Both the position numbers and the translations under genes were made by a program. The notes under the pieces are model-generated. The model made no database searches and had not been told where the DNA came from. It was given only the letters and a program-made list of their open reading frames with translations. A DNA stretch of 64,000 nt from Dehalococcoidia bacterium (GTDB lineage: Bacteria; Chloroflexota; Dehalococcoidia; UBA2979), in contig JAQWMB010000012.1 in NCBI GenBank assembly GCA_029246995.1, forward strand, positions 28,653-92,652. Reading direction: 5' to 3'. Shown in pieces: positions 30,642 through 36,751 of this stretch. How positions within the stretch are numbered: the first letter of the stretch is position 1; every line of letters starts with the position of its first letter.

Positions 30642-30725
30642 CTAAAGCAAAACACCATCACAGCCGATGCGAGTAAAAATCATTGCTGTAACAACTGCAA
30701 TTAATAATCTATGTTTTGCTTTCAT
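30642..30725 (-). pseudogene. 27-aa signal-peptide-like ORF ending at site A (probable truncated exported/lipoprotein gene)
   Basis: MKAKHRLLIAVVTAMIFTRIGCDGVLL*; start overlaps the end of the upstream 76-aa gene; stop abuts site A. Confidence 0.4.
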
Positions 30726-30939
30726 TTTTTATAACTTTTTCATACAAGGTTTTAATTCCGAATATAAACCAAACTACTACAAAACCCCACCATAAAGCAA
30801 AAAACCAATCGTTTTTTGCAGTTCCATTCCACTCTAACCATTCAAATACTATGCCTTCCATAAATAAATCAAAAGAAAGTAAAGCAAAGAATCCAAACAC
30901 CCAAATTAAAAAAAATGAAAATGTTTTAATTCTCTTCAT
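30709..30939 (-). CDS. Small two-TM hypothetical membrane protein
   Basis: 76 aa, aromatic-rich FEWLEWNGT.KNDWFF.LWW; abuts upstream gene stop. Confidence 0.7.
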   Translation of the reverse strand: MKRIKTFSFFLIWVFGFFALLSFDLFMEGIVFEWLEWNGTAKNDWFFALWWGFVVVWFIFGIKTLYEKVIKNESKT

Positions 30940-31362
30940 TTAAGTAGCTTCTTTGAAATAGTTGTCAACTTCAAGAGATCTTCTATCGAATTCAACCTCT
31001 GCAGCTCCTGCAACCTCTTCAAGTGGAGAACAAGCCATTTCTGTGCAACCAAGCATACCATTTGAGCAGAAACAATTATTACAGTAGTTATTGCCAGCTC
31101 CTTTTCCTCGCCAATCATCTTCAACGATCTCACCATTAGTCAGCGTGCAGCTTTTGCCTAGAGACTCTTGCTGATAAAGAAAAAAACTAACTCCGACCAC
31201 GGCTGCAATAACAACAATGCCAATTAATGTTGGTACTAATTTGCTTCTTTTTTTTGTTTGTTGTTCAGTAGCTGGGGTAAGTTGTGAGTCTTGCTTAGAG
31301 CCACACTTTGAACAAAATGTGCTTTTGCTATCAATAGGCGAGGAGCATTTTTTGCAATTCAT
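30940..31362 (-). CDS. Zinc-ribbon + TM + pacifastin/VWC-like Cys-rich domain protein
   Basis: CKKC..FCSKCG ribbon; TM helix; C...CNNCFCSNGMLGCTEMAC. Confidence 0.75.
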   Translation of the reverse strand: MNCKKCSSPIDSKSTFCSKCGSKQDSQLTPATEQQTKKRSKLVPTLIGIVVIAAVVGVSFFLYQQESLGKSCTLTNGEIVEDDWRGKGAGNNYCNNCFCSNGMLGCTEMACSPLEEVAGAAEVEFDRRSLEVDNYFKEAT

Positions 31363-31416
31363 AAATTATAGCCCTGAATTAATAATGTATTGTATACAAT
31401 GTGATTATAGCATTAA

Positions 31417-31474
31417 TTAATTCGTATTAATTCGTACGTATTAATTCGTACGATGTAAGTCAAAAAAGTCTACG
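31417..31474 (+). repeat. Site B: TTAATTCGTATTAATTCGTACG-TA-TTAATTCGTACG plus GATGTAAGTCAAAAAAGTCTACG extension
   Basis: Three units of the 10-mer; extension shared with site C; contains the stop codon of the 415-aa gene. Confidence 0.92.
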
Positions 31475-32688
31475 TAGTTAGTAAATGGCCCTGGTTGTGG
31501 CTGCCAACCAGGAGGTGGGTCATCTTCCGGATCACCTGAACGTAAGAATGCATTAAAATTATCATAAAACGTTTGAGTGTCCATGCCTGTGTGTTTTTCA
31601 ATTGCACCCCAGAACCCTAATTCAAGATTGTAAAAATCTCTTGGAATATCAATCCAAACTGTTTGCCAAGATGTCAACGATGCCAAATAAGGAGTAGCCA
31701 TCATAAACGCTGGGCATTTATCGGCATCAGGAGCACGTTCAGTTTCATATCGTTCTGTCCATGGACCCATAGTGAAATCGGGGGTACAATCCCTGCCCCT
31801 ACCCTCTGCAGGGCCTCCCATTATAGCTTGTCGTATTTCTTTGTAAAACCAGGGGTGAGTTACATTGGCAATAGAAATATTACCAAGACCATCTTCCCAG
31901 GTTTGTCCATCAAAAAAAGAGATATCTTGCCAGTGTTGTCGTAACCAGGCATTTTGAAATGCAATAGCAGCACCTTCTACCCACCATGGTGGTGCATATA
32001 TCGTTGTTTGTGGGTTATCTTGATCCCTTTGATAATCTAACCCTCTGTCCAATGAATGTGCTCGTTGATAATGATGAAAGTACTCATGGGCATAATGTAG
32101 TGCTAGTCTTGTTAGATTCTTCCATGGCTCATTTTGTAATTCCTCTTGGCTTGAATCACCATATTGATGCCCATACCAAGTCAGGTTTTTTAGGTCTTCC
32201 AAACAGATGCTAATTGGGTTTGTTGAAGCAGTACGACGTTGACCAGTATTGCTCCCTGTCAAGCAATTACGTTGATCGTGTACATCTGCTACTGTTTTCA
32301 ATCTACCATCTTTAAAATCCAAATCTTTCAATTTTTGAAATATCGGTTCATTGTCTTCATTTGAAAGGTCTTTGTTATAGACAACGTAAAAATAATTTGG
32401 ATAGCTTCCAACTACTTGATTAATGTTTGTATGAACCTCATTAAAAAATTGACGGTGTTCTTCAGGAAATCCTTTATGCGTAACCAGCTGTTGTTTAAAT
32501 TCTTTACTTGGCACATTAAAATCAATACTGATTAATTTATCTAGTGCAGGTCCTCCCCATTGATAAGAGTCACTGTCTTGTTTCTTATCGGAAGATTGCT
32601 TTTGATCAGAAGAAGATTGATTATTTATTGAATCACCACCACAGCCTATAATTACTATACAAAGAATTATAGAAATAACTTTTTTCAT
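31441..32688 (-). CDS. Lipoprotein with HExxH zinc-metallopeptidase motif (gluzincin-like)
   Basis: Signal/lipobox MKKVISIILCIVIIGC; AHEYFHHYQ followed by PWWVEGAA (candidate third ligand Glu). Confidence 0.75.
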   Translation of the reverse strand: MKKVISIILCIVIIGCGGDSINNQSSSDQKQSSDKKQDSDSYQWGGPALDKLISIDFNVPSKEFKQQLVTHKGFPEEHRQFFNEVHTNINQVVGSYPNYFYVVYNKDLSNEDNEPIFQKLKDLDFKDGRLKTVADVHDQRNCLTGSNTGQRRTASTNPISICLEDLKNLTWYGHQYGDSSQEELQNEPWKNLTRLALHYAHEYFHHYQRAHSLDRGLDYQRDQDNPQTTIYAPPWWVEGAAIAFQNAWLRQHWQDISFFDGQTWEDGLGNISIANVTHPWFYKEIRQAIMGGPAEGRGRDCTPDFTMGPWTERYETERAPDADKCPAFMMATPYLASLTSWQTVWIDIPRDFYNLELGFWGAIEKHTGMDTQTFYDNFNAFLRSGDPEDDPPPGWQPQPGPFTNYVDFFDLHRTN

Positions 32689-32700
32689 TGATGATTCCTA

Positions 32701-32721
32701 ACAATTACAATTACAATTACA
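32701..32721. repeat. (ACAATT)3.5 short tandem repeat upstream of the peptidase gene
   Basis: acaattacaattacaattaca seen directly. Confidence 0.7.
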
Positions 32722-32778
32722 TTATAACTATAAACACAACAACATATATCAACATAAGCAAGATATAGATAAAAACAA

Positions 32779-32822
32779 TTAATTCGTATTAATTCGTACA
32801 GATGTAAGTCAAAAAGTCTACG
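32779..32822 (+). repeat. Site C: TTAATTCGTATTAATTCGTAC-AGATGTAAGTCAAAAAGTCTACG
   Basis: Near-identical direct repeat of site B including the extension (two 1-nt indels). Confidence 0.92.
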
Positions 32823-32894
32823 AAGAATATTTAGCCAAGCACCGCAATAAGTGACCACAGCCTTAATTTAATAAAATATTATTGGGCAAATTCA

Positions 32895-33125
32895 TTATAT
32901 TTCAAATGAAAATTTAACTGCACCAGTAAAACTTATAGCAAATAGCACAAGAAGTAATACTAAAATAATTGTGCCAGTCTTGTTGTATGTGCGTCGTAAT
33001 TTAATTGAAGCGTAAATCATCAAAGAGAGCAAACTAAAAAAGATTAATTGGTTTATTAGCATAAAAAAACGCACCTGAAATAAGTGCGATGATCTATTAT
33101 AGCATGTTTTTAAAAGCATATTCAA
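32895..33125 (-). CDS. Small two-TM hypothetical protein (real start possibly ATG at 33062)
   Basis: Two hydrophobic helices separated by KLRR; lies between sites C and D. Confidence 0.55.
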   Translation of the reverse strand: MNMLLKTCYNRSSHLFQVRFFMLINQLIFFSLLSLMIYASIKLRRTYNKTGTIILVLLLVLFAISFTGAVKFSFEI

Positions 33126-33138
33126 TATACAGCACTAC

Positions 33139-33160
33139 TTAATTCGTATTAATTCGTACG
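33139..33160 (+). repeat. Site D: TTAATTCGTATTAATTCGTACG
   Basis: Exact tandem 10-mer; inverted relative to site A. Confidence 0.92.
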
Positions 33161-33185
33161 TTTCTGCATAAAAGCTGAAATAACC

Positions 33186-33205
33186 CTCCCAGCGTCTCCC
33201 AGCGT
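33186..33205. repeat. (CTCCCAGCGT)x2 tandem 10-mer
   Basis: Exact GC-rich tandem repeat in an AT-rich end region between site D and the arm-like repeat. Confidence 0.8.
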
Positions 33206-33228
33206 TAGGTATTTTATCCTCATGAAAA

Positions 33229-33250
33229 ACCCACCAATAAACCCACCAAA
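33229..33250. repeat. 22-bp tandem arm-like site (right)
   Basis: Identical to 30551-30572, same orientation. Confidence 0.9.
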
Positions 33251-33356
33251 GATCAATATCAGTACATATTAAGGCATTACATAGAATATTAATAATATAT
33301 CAATTAACAGATATAGAGAGTGTTATAAATTGTCTGGTATATTAGGTGGATTTGTA

Positions 33357-33502
33357 TTAAAAGGCATCTGCTCTACCGCTGAGCTACGGGCCCAGATCTA
33401 TGTTCCTGAAAAACACCAATACTGTCAACCGATATATTCCTAATCTGTTAGCATTGTGCACTAGATAAGAGTTTTTTCATTATTATCATAGGAATTAATT
33501 GT
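33357..33502. repeat. att-like direct repeat copy 2: tRNA-Lys 5' half fragment (33357-33393) plus upstream region
   Basis: Identity with the tRNA stops exactly at the 3' edge of the 7-nt anticodon loop; no T-arm or CCA follows. Confidence 0.95.
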
Positions 33503-33544
33503 TTTTTATCTGTATATATCGCTTACGAATAATATTATGTGTTT

Positions 33545-34927
33545 ATGAAAAAAAATTTCTATATCAGATCAAAAATTTCTATCATGCTTGTAGTCTTGTC
33601 TGCCTCACTTGCAGCTTGTTCAAATGGAAAATCTGATCAAAATACTGCTCTAACTAATCAATTGAATTCTTCGCAAGCTGAAAGTACTCAGCAACATAAA
33701 GAAAGTAAAGAAGTATTACAAAAAGAACAATCTCTTCCAAATATAACTTATTTTGCAAAAAATAAAAGTGATAGATTTTTTATTGACTTTGAAGATATTA
33801 TTGCAGGACATCCTTATGTTGGAACAAGAAGTCCTAGGCCTCATAATGATGCTCAAGTATATTTTTCAAACACAGATCAAAGGTGGATTGATGCGAAAAA
33901 ACCTTCTGATTACCCTCCTATCTATGCTGTAGCTGATGGTTATGTGGCTCTACCTCAATCATCATTCTATAATGTGGTTGACCACTCAAATGCAGATCCT
34001 CCTTGGTGGCATGTAGCGTACAATTTTACTTTAAGAATAGCCAAAGACGGCAATAGTTATATAGAATTCTTGTATCAAATGGAGCCTTATATGATACCTG
34101 ATATTACGGATAAACCAAAAGATTTCTATAAACAATTCATCTTAGTTACAGATGGTCAATATGTAAAGAAAGGAGATGTATTAGCGTATATGTATGTCCC
34201 GTCTTTTAGCGAAATGACTGGAAGTAAAGGAGCATCTTCCCATATTGCTTTCTCTTTAATTAAACAACCAAGAACGGTGTATGCACCTGCTATTTTTTCT
34301 GAAGAAGTAGTTGCAAAATTTGGTGAAATTTATAGACATCCTAAAGAAGGATGGGAGAGTAAAAGTTTCGGGTTTGATTGGAATAGAGGAAGAGGCCTTC
34401 CAAATGGGATGGGTTGGATGATTAGTGATGAAGAAAACCCATTTGGTGATAATCCTCTAGATGTATTATTATTTGATGGAATTAAAGATGCAGAATTAGA
34501 TCCTAAAGCAATGGCATATCCGAAAGACTTAGGATTTAAATCTTCAAATTTGTTATATAGCCAGTATGGATGGGGAGGCACAATTATAGAAAATATTAAA
34601 ATTGAAGAAGATTGGCAGTTGCTATTTGCTGGTATTGGTGGCCCAATGAAGGTTGTTTTCAAATTAGAAGAAAATGGTCAATACAGAGAAAGTAAAGTGC
34701 TTGAATTACGATCAGGACAAAATTTTAATCTGACTCATAAAAATAATTTTTTAGGAAATGCATCAAAATTTTCTATATTAATTACAGATCCAAATAATTG
34801 GGGATGGAGCTTGGCTTTTGCAAATAAAGAAGCTACATTCATTGCTCCTGGAAGCACAAAAGATATATCTCCTCAATGTCCACCCGGATGCCCACCTAGT
34901 CCAAATCCTTATAAACTTAATAGGTGA
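33545..34927 (+). CDS. Lipoprotein with degenerate M23/LytM-like domain
   Basis: Lipobox LAAC; PIYAVADGYV, GQYVKKGDVLAY, SSHIAF pattern; Zn ligands non-canonical. Confidence 0.6.
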   Translation: MKKNFYIRSKISIMLVVLSASLAACSNGKSDQNTALTNQLNSSQAESTQQHKESKEVLQKEQSLPNITYFAKNKSDRFFIDFEDIIAGHPYVGTRSPRPHNDAQVYFSNTDQRWIDAKKPSDYPPIYAVADGYVALPQSSFYNVVDHSNADPPWWHVAYNFTLRIAKDGNSYIEFLYQMEPYMIPDITDKPKDFYKQFILVTDGQYVKKGDVLAYMYVPSFSEMTGSKGASSHIAFSLIKQPRTVYAPAIFSEEVVAKFGEIYRHPKEGWESKSFGFDWNRGRGLPNGMGWMISDEENPFGDNPLDVLLFDGIKDAELDPKAMAYPKDLGFKSSNLLYSQYGWGGTIIENIKIEEDWQLLFAGIGGPMKVVFKLEENGQYRESKVLELRSGQNFNLTHKNNFLGNASKFSILITDPNNWGWSLAFANKEATFIAPGSTKDISPQCPPGCPPSPNPYKLNR

Positions 34928-34984
34928 TGGCCACAATAATTTAGTACAGCACAAAAAAATATATTTAGAGAGAGAAAAAAGAAA

Positions 34985-35131
34985 ATGGCAAACGTAAGAA
35001 ATGAAAATGGAAGTTGTAAATGCGGCAGATCTCCAACTGGTGATTGTATTGGCTGGCATAGTTTAACGCCTGCGGAATATGATGCGAAAACTGAAGCGGA
35101 AAAAGAAGCAACATTTGGTGACTCTAAATAA
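34985..35131 (+). CDS. 48-aa CDGSH-like Fe-S protein (not in ORF track)
   Basis: MANVRNENGSCKCGRSPTGDCIGWHSLTPAEYDAKTEAEKEATFGDSK*; CxCGxS..C.GxH ligand set; purine-rich upstream. Confidence 0.8.
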   Translation: MANVRNENGSCKCGRSPTGDCIGWHSLTPAEYDAKTEAEKEATFGDSK

Positions 35132-35298
35132 TAATGCTCAATCAGTTTGTTGAAGATTTTACAGCATCACTATTAACAGCAGATAAAACCTCTGAGCCTG
35201 CGTTGGTAAAACATACAGTCCTGGAATAAGACAGTACTATAAAACAGAAGCAGTCAGGCTGTTTATTGAGAAAGAAGTTGTAATTGTGGTATAAGACT

Positions 35299-35340
35299 AA
35301 GGGGGGGCCTACTTATGTCTGAGTGGCTCTCCCCTTTTTG
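35299..35340 (+). terminator. Intrinsic terminator-like hairpin
   Basis: AAGGGGGGGCC...GGCTCTCCCCTTTTT stem followed by a T tract. Confidence 0.7.
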
Positions 35341-35355
35341 TATGCGTTGTAAAAA

Positions 35356-35381
35356 TACGTATATTAATACGAATTAATTAG
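35356..35381 (-). repeat. Site E: degenerate inverted copy of the boundary motif (reverse complement CTAATTAATTCGTATTAATATACGTA)
   Basis: Same orientation and flanking TGTAAAA as site A; ~40 bp from the stop of the minus-strand M23 gene. Confidence 0.75.
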
Positions 35382-35419
35382 TTATATTATGCGAGGTAAG
35401 CTTAGTAACTTGAGTATTA

Positions 35420-36214
35420 TTAATAATTACAGAGCTTAGGTTTCTTAGATCCCTTATACAAACGATCTGCCCAGTTTTGTGACTTGCTCACTAAGTCCGA
35501 ACTTTTTACTGTTGTCATGAATTCAGCAGGACAGAGCCATTCTTCACTCCCACGATTATTTTTTTTCAATGACATGTGGACATGGGCCCATTCATCTTGA
35601 CCATATAGATAACCTATTAACTGACCTTGACGCACAGTATCTCCAGCTTTTATTGTCATCGATTGTAGCATTTTATTGGCAAGAGTTTTTTGTTCAGCAA
35701 TTTTTGTCGCGTTGGCAGGCCCAGCAGATGGCTCAAGGCTGTATACAATGATTTGGCCATTAGGAATTTGCCACGCCAGATTAATTTGAAATGCGCCATC
35801 GGGAGGTCTTTCAAATATTTGAACGAACATGACTTGGCCATCTGAAATTGCTTGAAGCGCAACTTCTTTTTGATTTGTAAAGTAATCAAGACCATTATGA
35901 AATTGAATGCCCAGCTGATTCTCTTGAACGGCAAAAGGCTGAACTCCCCAGTAATCGACAGGGTCCATAAAAGGAGAAACCAAGAGACTTAAAGGCTCAG
36001 ATGACGAAGTTAGAGTTTGTTTAGTAAGTCTTTGCTTTGTGGGGGTGGTTGTTTGATTCTGAACAGGAATGCTTGTTGTCTGTGCAGTTTTAGTTACATT
36101 ATTCACTCTGGGAGATGTCGGTTCCTCTGATGCACAACCAAGCACGACTATGCTGAAAAAGGATACTGCCACAATTATTTTTTTGAAACCCACTTGAAGC
36201 TCCATTTCGCCCAT
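35420..36214 (-). CDS. M23/LytM-family metallopeptidase lipoprotein
   Basis: Lipobox VLGC, Thr-rich linker, FHNGLDY (HxxxD), GDTVRQGQLIG, AHVH (HxH). Confidence 0.85.
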   Translation of the reverse strand: MGEMELQVGFKKIIVAVSFFSIVVLGCASEEPTSPRVNNVTKTAQTTSIPVQNQTTTPTKQRLTKQTLTSSSEPLSLLVSPFMDPVDYWGVQPFAVQENQLGIQFHNGLDYFTNQKEVALQAISDGQVMFVQIFERPPDGAFQINLAWQIPNGQIIVYSLEPSAGPANATKIAEQKTLANKMLQSMTIKAGDTVRQGQLIGYLYGQDEWAHVHMSLKKNNRGSEEWLCPAEFMTTVKSSDLVSKSQNWADRLYKGSKKPKLCNY

Positions 36215-36496
36215 CGATTATGAACTAGCATCTAGGCAAGATAGCATATTTTTCAAAAAATATTCAACAGATTCCATTAGTAAATTAGATATTGGCTTAA
36301 CTTTAATCATTACTGATAAAGATTTAACTACAAAAGAAGTGGGTATTTTATGATTCTCAGTCAAAAGGTTTTTTTAGAAAGACTTTACTTGGGAAACCAA
36401 TAATAAAGACACAGTTAATTTAAGTCAAGCATTGAATTCAAATATTCTAATATCCTTTATGGCTTCTTTATAAAAGCACATTCAATGCTTGTGTGG

Positions 36497-36548
36497 TATA
36501 AAAATAAATGGGGGACCAAACGTAGCTGGTCCCCCATTTATTTTTATA
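36497..36548. terminator. Bidirectional intrinsic terminator with a 22-bp perfect stem
   Basis: TATAAAAATAAATGGGGGACCA-aacgtagc-TGGTCCCCCATTTATTTTTATA just after the CDGSH/pyrE operon. Confidence 0.88.
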
Positions 36549-36559
36549 TTGAATAATGG

Positions 36560-36748
36560 CTAGGTTGTCCAATTGGAACAATCTACATTGATTTCCATTG
36601 TTGTTTCACTAGTAATTTTTACTGATTTATAATCTGTGCTATGTTTTTTATTGTATTCTCTATGTTTATTATCACAATACGGCAATGTTTTACTTAAACC
36701 ACATGAGCAAATACTATATTTTTCATTTTTTTGTAGGTTTATTTTCAT
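36560..36748 (-). CDS. CDGSH iron-sulfur domain protein
   Basis: YSICSCGLSKTLPYCDNKH. Confidence 0.88.
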   Translation of the reverse strand: MKINLQKNEKYSICSCGLSKTLPYCDNKHREYNKKHSTDYKSVKITSETTMEINVDCSNWTT

Positions 36749-36751
36749 TTA

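Larger units (their letters stand above)
30381..33502. mobile_element. Non-autonomous tRNA-Lys-integrated element/islet (no integrase gene)
   Basis: Bounded by 146-bp direct repeats that begin at the anticodon loop; internal 22-bp arm-like repeats and TTAATTCGTA sites; accessory cargo only. Confidence 0.85.

Noticed and set aside
31417-33160. TTAATTCGTA repeats as a CRISPR array
   Set aside because: Spacing is hundreds to over 1000 bp with whole genes between copies, orientations are mixed, and no cas genes are present.
30620-33160. Boundary motifs as integron attC or loxP sites
   Set aside because: No RYYYAAC...GTTRRRY hairpin. TTCGTAT resembles a loxP arm, but units are tandem direct rather than inverted around an 8-bp spacer.
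33357-33393. Second tRNA-Lys gene
   Set aside because: Only the 5' half up to the anticodon loop is present; it is an att remnant.
35369-35396. dif/pdif site (reverse complement ACCTCGCATAA-TATAAC-TAATTAATTCG)
   Set aside because: The XerC-like arm is plausible, but the XerD arm does not match TTATGTTAAAT. A similar candidate near 30525-30552 lacks a XerC arm.
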